A DNA stretch of 64,000 nucleotides. It comes from Armatimonadota bacterium. Lineage in GTDB: Bacteria > Armatimonadota > Hebobacteria > CAIYQO01. The stretch spans positions 6,506 to 70,505 of the forward strand of contig JBBRXO010000002.1 of the NCBI GenBank assembly GCA_038248345.1. Direction: 5' to 3'. The first letter of the stretch is position 1. Each line of letters starts with the position of its first letter. The notes beneath the pieces are model-generated. The model ran no database searches, was not told where the DNA came from, and worked only from the letters and a program-made list of their open reading frames with translations. Shown piece by piece: positions 29,949-38,861 of the stretch. A program made the translations under genes and the position numbers.

Positions 29949-31322
29949 ATGCCGAAGAACATCATTTATGTCTGCTCGGAATGTGGCTGCCAGCAACCGC
30001 GCTGGGCGGGGCGCTGCCCGGACTGCGGGGCGTGGGGCGCGCTGGTAGAGGAGGCCGTTGCGGCTGTGGTGAAGACCAAGTCCGTCAGCGGCAAGCCGAT
30101 AAATGTCCTCCGCGCCTCCTCCGCCATTGCCATCAGCGATGTGCCGCCGGGGACAGAGCCACGCCGTGAAACAAAGCTGAGCGAGTTTGACCGCGTGCTG
30201 GGCGGCGGCGCGGTGCCGGGGTCATCCATCCTGCTCGCCGGTACTCCAGGGGTGGGCAAATCCACTTTATTGCTCCAGGTGGGCTACGCGCTGGCGTGTG
30301 CCGGGCATCGTGCGCTCTATGTCACCGGGGAGGAATCGCTGCCGCAACTGCGCATGCGTGCGGAACGGCTGCGCACCATCCATGAGGAAATGCTGGCACT
30401 GGCGGAGACCGAGCTGGAGTCTATCCTGCAGCACATCGCGCTGCTGCAGCCGGCCTTTGTGGTGGTGGATTCCATCCAGACCACCTTCGACGCCGATATC
30501 GAATCCGCGCCGGGCGCAGTGAGCCAGGTGCGCAATGCCGCTATGCGGCTCATCCGCGCCGCCAAAGAATCGGGGGCGACAATCCTGCTCATCGGGCATG
30601 TTACCAAAGAGGGGCAGATCGCCGGGCCGCGCGTACTCGAGCATATGGTCGACGTAGTGCTGGAGCTGGAGGGCGACCGCGACTTCAGCTACCGCATCTT
30701 GCGCGCGGTAAAGAACCGCTTCGGCTCCACGCATGAGCTGGGCATCTTCACCATGAATGACCGCGGTATGGTGGAGGTCCCCAACCCCTCCGCCGCTTTC
30801 CTCAGCGAGCGCCAGACTGGCATGAGTGGTTCGGCGGTGGTGGCGATGATGGAGGGGACGCGGGCATTGCTAGCCGAGGTGCAGGCGCTGGTGACGCCCA
30901 GCGGTGGGTTCGGCGCACCACGGCGCAACGCCAACGGCATCGACATCCGCCGCGTAGCGCATATCCTGGCCGTGCTGGAGAAGCGCGCGGGGATGCCACT
31001 CGGGCAATACGATGTATTCATCAATGTTCCCGGCGGGTTGAAATTGACCGAGCCGGCCGCTGACCTGGCGGTGGCGCTGGCGGTGGCGAGTAGTTTCCGT
31101 GACGTACCGGTGCAGGCGGGCATGGTCTGCTTCGGCGAAGTAGGGCTGACCGGGGAGATCCGCACAGTATCGCACGCCGACCGCCGCCTCGCCGAGACTG
31201 CGCGGCTAGAGTTCACCAGCTGCCTGACCCCGCCGGGCAAATACCCCGGCAAAAAACCCGGCGTCAAATGCCATGCTCTCCACAATATCGAGCAGGCCTT
31301 TGAGCTGGCATTGATAAGGTGA
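29949..31322 (+). CDS. radA: DNA repair protein RadA/Sms (zinc finger, RecA-like ATPase, Lon-like C-terminal domain)
   Basis: MPKNIIYVCSECGCQQPRWAGRCPDCGAWG zinc finger; Walker A GTPGVGKSTLLLQ; KNRFG motif. Confidence 0.85.
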   Translation: MPKNIIYVCSECGCQQPRWAGRCPDCGAWGALVEEAVAAVVKTKSVSGKPINVLRASSAIAISDVPPGTEPRRETKLSEFDRVLGGGAVPGSSILLAGTPGVGKSTLLLQVGYALACAGHRALYVTGEESLPQLRMRAERLRTIHEEMLALAETELESILQHIALLQPAFVVVDSIQTTFDADIESAPGAVSQVRNAAMRLIRAAKESGATILLIGHVTKEGQIAGPRVLEHMVDVVLELEGDRDFSYRILRAVKNRFGSTHELGIFTMNDRGMVEVPNPSAAFLSERQTGMSGSAVVAMMEGTRALLAEVQALVTPSGGFGAPRRNANGIDIRRVAHILAVLEKRAGMPLGQYDVFINVPGGLKLTEPAADLAVALAVASSFRDVPVQAGMVCFGEVGLTGEIRTVSHADRRLAETARLEFTSCLTPPGKYPGKKPGVKCHALHNIEQAFELALIR

Positions 31323-31361
31323 GGAATTAGTGGTAAAGTACGCTTTATTACTTGGCAATAA

Positions 31362-31515
31362 TAATCTGATGTCGCGGAATCCCTTCTCCCCGCCCTGAAG
31401 GACGATCGGCGTAGCCCACTAGCCCTGTCGTTTACGGCTGGGCGATAGGCTGGCGGGTTTGAACACTATAAAACCTGACTTGGAACTTGAAACTATTTTA
31501 ACAAGGAGGAAACCC
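31362..31515 (+). promoter_or_regulatory. Conserved upstream leader element, copy 5' of the osmC-like gene (tgatgtcgcggaatccctt ... ccctgtcgtttacggctgggcga ... ttgaacactataaaacc ... cttggaacttgaaactatttt ... AGGAGG)
   Basis: High similarity to the fhs-upstream element (minus strand) and the paaK-upstream element. Confidence 0.5.
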
Positions 31516-31905
31516 ATGAAGATCACGAGTAAACTAACTGGCCCGATGCGCTTCGACACCGATATCCGTGGCCATACAGTAATCGTCGGGCAACCGATGA
31601 AGAGTGGCGGTGACGACTCCGGCCCCACCCCACCGGAGCTGCTCGCCACCTCTCTCGGCACCTGCGTCGGCGTCTATGCGCTCTATTTCTGCACTAAACA
31701 CGACATCGACCCTACCGGCATGGAGGTCACCACCGAGTACGCCAAAGCCGAACATCCCGCCCGCCTGGTAGACTTTGTAGTGACCATAACCGTACCGGCT
31801 GGCATCGCCGAAGAAATGAAAGAGCCGTTTTTAGCGACGGTAGAAAAATGCCTGATCCACAATACCCTGCATGAGCCACCGGCGGTGGAGATTAAGGTGG
31901 GATGA
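31516..31905 (+). CDS. OsmC/Ohr family peroxiredoxin-like protein
   Basis: MKITSKLTGPMRFDTDIRGH...GPTPPELLATSLGTCVG OsmC signature; AGGAGG RBS. Confidence 0.7.
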   Translation: MKITSKLTGPMRFDTDIRGHTVIVGQPMKSGGDDSGPTPPELLATSLGTCVGVYALYFCTKHDIDPTGMEVTTEYAKAEHPARLVDFVVTITVPAGIAEEMKEPFLATVEKCLIHNTLHEPPAVEIKVG

Positions 31906-31939
31906 AGGGGTAGATCATAAGAGAGAGGTGTTTGCAATA

Positions 31940-32130
31940 CTCTTTCCCGCTGGGATTGAAATCCCGGCTGCAGGGCGCTGCGCGCCGGTCGTCCGCCTTC
32001 GCGGACTTTTCTGAATCGAATGATAGCGCGCTTTAGCGTACTTGCCGTTGTTAGCCACCTCTTTCAGGGGGTGGCGCCGGGAATCGCAATCCCGCTCTAA
32101 TGGGCGGGACGCCACTGCTACGGGTAGCGG
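31940..32130 (+). repeat. Modular hairpin repeat family 2, copy b (longest copy: gggattgaaatcccgg, gtccgccttcgcggac, atgatagcgcgctttagcgtacttgccgttgttagccacctctttcagggggtggc modules)
   Basis: Modules recur at 23845, 41465, 44868 and 49700/49818. Confidence 0.65.
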
Positions 32131-32163
32131 AACCATGACCATTTGCATTGACGTGGTCTATCC

Positions 32164-33876
32164 TTAGCTCAACCCCACAATCTCCCCGTTCTCATCGATA
32201 TCAATATGCGTGCCAGCCGGGTTGCTGGGCAACGAGGGCATGGTGGCCATTTCTCCGACTAGCGGGTAGAGGAAGCCGGCACCAGCGGCGGGGCGGATGT
32301 CGCGGATGGGGATGGTGAAGCCGGTGGGACGGCCTTTCAGCTTGGGGTCATGCGAGAGCGAGAGGTGGGTCTTGGCCATGCAGATGGGCAGTTTGTCCAG
32401 TCCCCAGGCGGTGTAGCGTTTGATGCGCTCCTCGGCCAGCGGGGTGTAGCTGACGCCTGCAGCGCCGTAGATATTCGTGGCGATGGCTTCGATCTTCTCC
32501 TTGATGGTGTCATCGTCGGCGTAGAGCAACTTGAACTCCGATGGTTGTGCGCAGGCGGCGACCACGGCGTCCGCCAGCTCGATACCACCTTCTCCGCCAC
32601 GTGCCCAGACATCGCTGACGCAGGCGGCAAATGCCCCGGCGGCCAGTGCGCGCTCGCGGATGTAGGCCACCTCGGCAGGGGTGTCGGTGGGGAAGCTGTT
32701 GAGCGCTACCACCACCGGGATGCCGAAGAGCAGCATGTTCTCCACCTGCTTCTCCAGGTTGCCGATACCGGCGGCCAGCGCCTCCATATCCTCCTGGCCC
32801 AGGCGTGGGTCGAGCGGTTTACCCGGCGTCACAGTATATTTGCCGCTATGCATCTTCAATGCGCGCACTGTCGCCACCACCACCGCGCAGCTGGGGCGCA
32901 GCCCGCTCTGCCGGCACTTGATATTGAAGAACTTCTCGGCACCCAGATCCGCGCCGAAGCCCGCCTCGGTGACCACGTAGTCGGCCAACTTCAGAGCGAT
33001 GCGGTCGGCCAGTACGCTGTTGTTGCCGTGGGCGATGTTGGCGAATGGGCCGGCGTGTACCAGCACCGGCGTACCCTCCAGCGTCTGGATCAGGTTCGGC
33101 TTGATGGCGTCGCGCAACAGCACCGTCATGGCTCCGGCACAGCGCAAGTCCTCGGCAGTCACCGGTTCGCCGTCGACGTTAGTGGCGACGATGATGCGCC
33201 CCAGACGTTTGCGCAGGTCGTGGATATCGCTGGTGAGCGCCAGCGCCGCCATGGCCTCGCTGGCGACGGTGATATCAAAACCGGTCTCGCGCGGCACCCC
33301 GCCACGCCGCTGTACCGGCAGATCAGCACCCAGCCCCACTACGATGTTGCGCAGCGCCCAGCCGTCGCTGATATCCACCACGCGCTTCCAGGTGATTGTT
33401 TGCGGGTCAATGCGCAGGGGATTGCCGTGCTTCAGCGAGGCATCGATGAAGGCGGCCAGCAGGTTATTGGCTGCGCCAATAGCATGGATATCGCCGGTGA
33501 AGTGCAGGTTGACATCCTCCATGGGCAGCACCTGTGAATATCCGCCCCCCGCCGCCCCACCCTTGATGCCGAAGACCGGCCCCAGCGAGGGTTGCCGCAG
33601 CGTGATGCAGGCGCGCCGCCCGGTCTTCGCCAACGCCTGCCCGAGGCCTATTGTGGTTACGGTTTTGCCCTCGCCCAGCGGCGTGGGGGTGATGGCGGTG
33701 ACCACCACCAGCTTCCCCTCCGGCACCTCCGCCAGCCGCTGCAGGATGCTCAGCTCAATCTTCGCCTTCACACGTCCATATTGCTCCAGCTCCGTGTCCA
33801 GAATCCCCAGCACCCCGGCGATCTCGGTGATAGGCCGCGCGGTGTGCGCATGTACGATATCTAAATCAGTCAGCAA
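32164..33876 (-). CDS. fhs: Formate-tetrahydrofolate ligase
   Basis: Full-length FTHFS-like translation (EGKTVTTIGL P-loop and others); TTG start preceded by a GGAGG RBS. Confidence 0.9.
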   Translation of the reverse strand: MLTDLDIVHAHTARPITEIAGVLGILDTELEQYGRVKAKIELSILQRLAEVPEGKLVVVTAITPTPLGEGKTVTTIGLGQALAKTGRRACITLRQPSLGPVFGIKGGAAGGGYSQVLPMEDVNLHFTGDIHAIGAANNLLAAFIDASLKHGNPLRIDPQTITWKRVVDISDGWALRNIVVGLGADLPVQRRGGVPRETGFDITVASEAMAALALTSDIHDLRKRLGRIIVATNVDGEPVTAEDLRCAGAMTVLLRDAIKPNLIQTLEGTPVLVHAGPFANIAHGNNSVLADRIALKLADYVVTEAGFGADLGAEKFFNIKCRQSGLRPSCAVVVATVRALKMHSGKYTVTPGKPLDPRLGQEDMEALAAGIGNLEKQVENMLLFGIPVVVALNSFPTDTPAEVAYIRERALAAGAFAACVSDVWARGGEGGIELADAVVAACAQPSEFKLLYADDDTIKEKIEAIATNIYGAAGVSYTPLAEERIKRYTAWGLDKLPICMAKTHLSLSHDPKLKGRPTGFTIPIRDIRPAAGAGFLYPLVGEMATMPSLPSNPAGTHIDIDENGEIVGLS

Positions 33877-34010
33877 ATTATTACCTCCAAAAATAGTTCA
33901 GGTTCCAATTTCCAAGTTTCGAGGTTGGTTTTGAGTGTTCAACTCGCCCAGCCGTGAACGATAGGGCTTGTGGGCTACACTTATTATCCGCCTATGCGGA
34001 CTTTTTTGCT
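33877..34010 (-). promoter_or_regulatory. Conserved upstream leader element, copy 5' of fhs (minus strand: ...gtccgcataggcggat...gtagcccacaagccctatcgttcacggctgggcgag ttgaacactcaaaacc ... cttggaaattggaacctgaactattttt GGAGG)
   Basis: Aligns module by module with the osmC-upstream copy. Confidence 0.5.
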
Positions 34011-34224
34011 ACTACGATTACCTGTGTCTATTTGTTCGCCACCATGCACGTCGGTTCCTGTTTTTTAAATGTGGGCTTCGCGCTACCCGGTATTCTATTA
34101 TCTTTTACCTATTTTTCAGAAATATCGTTGAAAATAGTGGCAAATATTGACCCAAAATACCCGCCATTTTATCGACAAAACCGTTATAATATAAGCAATC
34201 AGTAACCAGAAAGTATTTGTTGTC

Positions 34225-35157
34225 ATGATAAAATTACAAGTTGCAGTAATAATGGGCGGAGTATCCAGCGAACGGGCGATTTCACTGCGTAGCGGGGCAA
34301 ATGCCGCCGCCGCGTTAGATCGGGAAAAATTTGACGTTACCATGGTGGATTTTACCGGTGATGTTGCACAGATTACCGCGTTGGCCGGGGTGGTCGACGT
34401 GGCATTGCTGATGTTGCATGGCCCCGGAGGGGAAGACGGGCGTATCCAGGGGCTGCTCGATTTATTACATATCCCCTACACCGGCAGTGGTGTACTCGGG
34501 AGCGCATTGGCTATGCATAAGGGTGTAGCAAAGGCGATCTACCGCGATGCAGGGATACCGACACCCCGCGGTATAGTGGCAGAAGCGGGTGACCGATGTC
34601 TATCCGAGGCGGTCTTTAGTAATATCGGCTACCCCTGTGTGGTGAAACCCGCCAACGAAGGATCAACTATCGGCATCTCACTGGTGCAGGATGTCGAAGA
34701 GCTGGAGGAGGCGCTGGAGCGAGCTTTCCAGTTCGACAGCGAGCTGGTGATCGAGGAGTTCGTGCGCGGCATGGAGATCAGCGTACCGGTGCTGGGCACT
34801 GAGGTATTGCGTGCATTACCAGCAGTAGAGATCATCCCGCAAAGCGGGTGGTATGATTACGAGATGAAATACACTGCCGGAGCCACCGAGGAGATATGTC
34901 CGGCACGGCTGACGGAAGAGCAGGCAGCACGCGCCGCGGAATTGGCGCTGAAAGCACACCGCGCCTTATGCCTGAAGGGTATCTCACGGACTGACATGAT
35001 CGTCACCGATTATGACCTCATTGTGCTGGAGACTAACACCTTGCCGGGGATGACCGACACCAGCTTGGTGCCGCTTTGTGCGCGTACTGTGGGTATCAGT
35101 TTCAGTGAATTACTAGAAATACTTATCGCCGATGCGCGGGGAATACATAACGGATAA
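34225..35157 (+). CDS. ddl: D-alanine--D-alanine ligase
   Basis: MIKLQVAVIMGGVSSERAISLRSG... ATP-grasp motifs; TATAAT -10 at about 34183. Confidence 0.85.
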   Translation: MIKLQVAVIMGGVSSERAISLRSGANAAAALDREKFDVTMVDFTGDVAQITALAGVVDVALLMLHGPGGEDGRIQGLLDLLHIPYTGSGVLGSALAMHKGVAKAIYRDAGIPTPRGIVAEAGDRCLSEAVFSNIGYPCVVKPANEGSTIGISLVQDVEELEEALERAFQFDSELVIEEFVRGMEISVPVLGTEVLRALPAVEIIPQSGWYDYEMKYTAGATEEICPARLTEEQAARAAELALKAHRALCLKGISRTDMIVTDYDLIVLETNTLPGMTDTSLVPLCARTVGISFSELLEILIADARGIHNG

Positions 35158-36101
35158 TGCGACACAATAACGGGTATAAGCAAAATACGCCATCGGGTAA
35201 TACTGTAGCTCGTGAGCTAGGGGATCGTGGTATGTCTACCGCTGGTGAGGAAAATAATAATATACCGGGGGAATACCTGGAATCACAACAGGTAACCGCT
35301 AACATGCGCTGGCGTCGCCAGCGGTTGGCGTTGTATCGCCGCGTGTGGGCAGTGGCATGGACATTGATACTCGCCTTCCTGGTGGAGGCATGGATCGCGG
35401 CGTGGTTTTCGCCGCGCAATTACATCTATCGATTGGAGACACGTAATACTGACTCCATGACGGAAGAAGAAGTTATCCGTCTCGCGGCTGTGAAACCGAA
35501 GACAAACTACTTCCGTGTTCCCTTGCAGGAAATCGCTACCCGGATCAAGTCGCAAGATCCGCGCGTGGATAACGTCATCGTTGAGCGTGGAGCCATGGGG
35601 ACGCTGATATTGACGGTGAACGAGCGCAAAGCGGTATGCCGTCTGGGTACCAGCGAACCGCCGATGTACCTGGATGAAAAGGGCTACCTATTCACGCGAC
35701 CAATACCAACGCCAAACCTGGTGCCAATTGTCACCGCCATTGAAGCGCCCACGGAGAAAAAAATGGGAGAAAAGCTGACAGAGGCCTACGTTGTGCCGGT
35801 GTTGAAAGCGGTCGTGGCATTGCCCGCCAAAACTAACAAAGGCTTCCTTATTGAAGCTGCCAGCTTGAAGGTAGACGAGAAGAGTGGCGCCACCTATGAA
35901 TTAAGCAATGGCATCATCATCGAATATGGTACCCTCACCTACCCGGAACAGAAGGCGGAGGTAATTAAGAACTTGATCGACAATGCGATAGAAGCAGGCA
36001 ATGCACCGGAGAATATATTATCCTTGAATGTCACCGGCGTGGATAACAAAATGTTAAGAGGGTCGTACACCCCGCGGACCCCGACTGGGGGGACAAATTG
36101 A
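35157..36101 (+). CDS. ftsQ: Cell division protein FtsQ/DivIB-like (TM anchor plus POTRA-like domain)
   Basis: Position after ddl, single TM (VWAVAWTLILAFLV), POTRA-like region; exact start uncertain. Confidence 0.5.
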   Translation: MRHNNGYKQNTPSGNTVARELGDRGMSTAGEENNNIPGEYLESQQVTANMRWRRQRLALYRRVWAVAWTLILAFLVEAWIAAWFSPRNYIYRLETRNTDSMTEEEVIRLAAVKPKTNYFRVPLQEIATRIKSQDPRVDNVIVERGAMGTLILTVNERKAVCRLGTSEPPMYLDEKGYLFTRPIPTPNLVPIVTAIEAPTEKKMGEKLTEAYVVPVLKAVVALPAKTNKGFLIEAASLKVDEKSGATYELSNGIIIEYGTLTYPEQKAEVIKNLIDNAIEAGNAPENILSLNVTGVDNKMLRGSYTPRTPTGGTN

Positions 36102-36871
36102 TGAGAGTTTATGTTCCTATAAGTAAACCACAACCATGGGTGTTGCCGGTGACGTTAGTCTGCCTAGCGTTGGGTGCCCTGATCGCCTTGATGATCATCA
36201 GCTCCAGCGTGAAAGATGACGCCACCACTAGCGCTTCACTCGGTAAAACACCACAGGAGATCACCGCGCTGCAACAGGAGAACAAGCAGTACGAAGATGA
36301 GATCGCCAAGCTACGGGCAGAAAAAGATGAAGCCGTGAAAAAATCATCCACCGCCGCCGAGACCAACCAAGGGATTCAAAAGGAGATGGACGATCTGCGC
36401 ATGCGCGCTGGCACCGCCTCCATGATCGGCCCGGGCATCGCCATCACTCTCGACGACACCAATAACACCAAATTCCCCTCGGATACCGGAGGCATGAAGG
36501 CATTGATCGTGCACGACTGGGACATGCTGATGCTGGTTAATGAGCTGCGTGCCGCTGGCGCAGAGGCCATCAGCGTCAACAACGAACGCGTGGCGGGCGA
36601 AAGCCCCATCCGCTGTGTCGGCCCGGTAATAATGGTAAATAGCCACCAGGTGGCCCCCCCTTTCAAGGTTTTGGCCATCGGTAAAACGGACACCCTCTAC
36701 GGTGCAGTGAAACTGCCGCAAGGGGTGCTGGACAATCTGATGCTGCTGGGCATCCAGGTGCAGGTAGACAAAAAAACCAACATCACCATACCCGCGCTGA
36801 ATGTGCTACCTCCTATCGAATCCGGTAAAATAGCAACTGACGTTAAGAAGGAGGGTGGCCCCGGCCGTTGA
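36098..36871 (+). CDS. DUF881-family membrane protein (YlxW/YlxX-like; coiled coil plus MIGPGIAITLDD motif)
   Basis: DUF881 signature G.GI.ItLdD; ATGA overlap with ftsQ. Confidence 0.55.
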   Translation: MMRVYVPISKPQPWVLPVTLVCLALGALIALMIISSSVKDDATTSASLGKTPQEITALQQENKQYEDEIAKLRAEKDEAVKKSSTAAETNQGIQKEMDDLRMRAGTASMIGPGIAITLDDTNNTKFPSDTGGMKALIVHDWDMLMLVNELRAAGAEAISVNNERVAGESPIRCVGPVIMVNSHQVAPPFKVLAIGKTDTLYGAVKLPQGVLDNLMLLGIQVQVDKKTNITIPALNVLPPIESGKIATDVKKEGGPGR

Positions 36872-36894
36872 CGCCGCTGCCAATACTAATATAA

Positions 36895-37284
36895 ATGTGG
36901 CTCCCCATCCTTGCACTTTTCATCGGCTTTATGGCGGTATTCCTGCCGCAACAGCATCTGAATAATATGCTGAAGCCGGAATATACCCCGTACATCGGCA
37001 TCGCCCTGGTGGCGGGCATCGACTCGATCGTCGGTGCCATCCGCGCGCTGGCCGAGGGGCACTTCAACGACCGCGTCTTCGTCAGCGGCTTTTTCACCAA
37101 CGCCATTCTGGCCGCTGGCCTGCTTTACCTGGGAAATACACTCCGTATCGAACACGTGGCCGTGGCCATCATGGTGGCACTGGTCTTCCGGATATTCAAC
37201 AACTTTGGCTTCGTCCGCCGCTTCGTCTTCGCCCGCCTCTTCGAAAAGAAACTAAGCGCAGACAATTCATTCCCGGAGCCGTAG
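36895..37284 (+). CDS. sbp: Small basic protein Sbp (DUF1290) membrane protein
   Basis: About 129 aa, two TM helices; follows DUF881 as in the Bacillus ylxW-ylxX-sbp arrangement. Confidence 0.5.
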   Translation: MWLPILALFIGFMAVFLPQQHLNNMLKPEYTPYIGIALVAGIDSIVGAIRALAEGHFNDRVFVSGFFTNAILAAGLLYLGNTLRIEHVAVAIMVALVFRIFNNFGFVRRFVFARLFEKKLSADNSFPEP

Positions 37285-37309
37285 CATGGGGAAAGTGAAA
37301 AGGCTTTAA

Positions 37310-38704
37310 ATGGGTATTCTCACCAGTCAGGGAAGGATTATCGGCATCTGGTTCCTCGTAACCAGCCTGATCGGCTTCGTGCATGCATCAGCCATCATGT
37401 ACATCTTTTCTGTCGTCATCATTGGCGGCTTACTTACCGCCTGGGTGCTGGCCTTATGGGGGGCCAAAGACATTACTATCTCACGTGAGGTTCACGCTTC
37501 CACCGTCACCAGTGGTGATCCACTGCCCACTAAACTGAGTATCCATGAGTCCAAAGCGCGCTGGCGCATGCTGGAATTGCACGATAACCACACAAACCTG
37601 ATTAACAATGAAGCCAGCCATCGGCAGCTGACGCTATTATTGGAAGATACCCGCTCCACCACCGCCACCATTGGCGGCAAAAGACAGCAGATGACGCAAC
37701 TGGGTGGGAAGAAGCGCGAACTGCTGATACCTGACATGCTCCGCTTCCCCTACCGCGGCCTCTATCGCCTGGGGCCGATTGAACTGCAGAGCTATGACCC
37801 CTTCGGCCTTATCTACGTTGTCCGTAAGATTGAAATAAATAAGGAAGTGATCGTCTACCCACGCGCGCTCTCCATGCCCGACGCCCTCCTCACCGGGGCG
37901 GGCGGACGGCAGGAATCGGCTATTCGCCCCTCCGGGCGCGCGGGCGAAAGTGCGGAGTTCCACAGTATCCGCCCCTACACCGAAGGCGACGACCTGCGCC
38001 GCGTACACTGGAAAGCCTCGGCCCACTCGGATAAAATGGTGGTAAAAGAGTACGAATATCGCAACGCCGGGGCAGTACAGGTGATCCTCGACTTGCAGGG
38101 GAACGTCCACGCGGGCAGCAGCTACAATTCGACACTGGAGAAGGCTATCACTCTCTCCTCCTCAATTCTCACCCACGTCATCGCCGCAGGCAACCAGATA
38201 GGTCTGTTCACCACTGGCGAGAAGATCATCCAGCTACCGCAGGAATCCGGGCAGCGGCAACTACACCGAGCATTGGAGACGCTGGCGTTGGCAAAAGCCG
38301 ACGGCACCGCCACCTTGGCACAAACACTATTGAGCAATGAGGCCCCTTCCTCACGTCGCTGTACCACCATCGTTATCACACCTTCGCTGGATGTCAATCT
38401 CATTGGCGCACTCTTAAATCTACGCGGCAAATCCGCCCAGCTCTTGTTAGTGCTCCTTGATCCCAGTCAATACCTGATCAATGAGCAACCCGATCCCGCC
38501 GCCCGCCCCAATACGCTGAAGGGCATAAGCAATTATTTCGAGGGCCTTGACCTGTTGAAAACCGATTCAAAAAAAGTTGAAGCCCAACGCAATGAACACA
38601 AACGCCTGCTGAACGCCGCCATCGCCGCTGGCATCGAGGTAGTATCGCTGGATTCCGAAGCACCGCTAAATAAAGCGCTGCAAGCGATTGGACGGTTTAC
38701 CTGA
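37310..38704 (+). CDS. DUF58 domain protein (vWA-like; N-terminal TM helices)
   Basis: GRAGESAEFHSIRPYTEGDDLRRVHWKASAHSDKMVVKEYE is the DUF58 core motif. Confidence 0.6.
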   Translation: MGILTSQGRIIGIWFLVTSLIGFVHASAIMYIFSVVIIGGLLTAWVLALWGAKDITISREVHASTVTSGDPLPTKLSIHESKARWRMLELHDNHTNLINNEASHRQLTLLLEDTRSTTATIGGKRQQMTQLGGKKRELLIPDMLRFPYRGLYRLGPIELQSYDPFGLIYVVRKIEINKEVIVYPRALSMPDALLTGAGGRQESAIRPSGRAGESAEFHSIRPYTEGDDLRRVHWKASAHSDKMVVKEYEYRNAGAVQVILDLQGNVHAGSSYNSTLEKAITLSSSILTHVIAAGNQIGLFTTGEKIIQLPQESGQRQLHRALETLALAKADGTATLAQTLLSNEAPSSRRCTTIVITPSLDVNLIGALLNLRGKSAQLLLVLLDPSQYLINEQPDPAARPNTLKGISNYFEGLDLLKTDSKKVEAQRNEHKRLLNAAIAAGIEVVSLDSEAPLNKALQAIGRFT

Positions 38705-38861
38705 TTCAGGTCTGCAAGTTGATTCTATCATTGTACTCCAACTCCTTGCCTTCCAATCGCCCAACGGGTACACTGAATGTGTGAATGATATAGAAGTTCT
38801 TGATTCCTCATGTTGGCGCGTGCCTGGTACCACTCCGCCGGTCAATTCTCCAGCGTTGCCG

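Noticed and set aside
31459-31500. TGGAAC...TTGAAA upstream of the osmC-like gene considered as a sigma54 (-24/-12) promoter or an ECF-sigma GGAAC -35 box
   Set aside because: The GG-N10-GC spacing is not met, no matching -10 element sits at the ECF distance, and the motif would leave almost no 5' UTR before the RBS. It is reported instead as a conserved element of unknown logic.
31915-32148. Small ORFs with recurring peptides (VANNGKHAEARYH..., MIARFSVLAVVSHL...) at 31915..32148, 41378..41608, 41513..41749, 44798..45346, 44870-, 49704..49886 and 49824-
   Set aside because: They coincide with copies of repeat family 2. The similarity is at the DNA level, in both orientations, and they lack RBS or start context, so they are translated repeats rather than a small-protein family.
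32350-33537. 395-aa ORF on the plus strand antisense to fhs. Similar long antisense ORFs occur at 633..1355, 18492..18959, 20551..21147, 22303..22767, 43915..44790, 46579..47178 and 48692..49145.
   Set aside because: Each lies entirely inside a confidently identified gene on the other strand. Their translations are Arg/Ala/Gly/His/Pro-rich low-complexity strings, typical of shadow ORFs in about 60% GC DNA.
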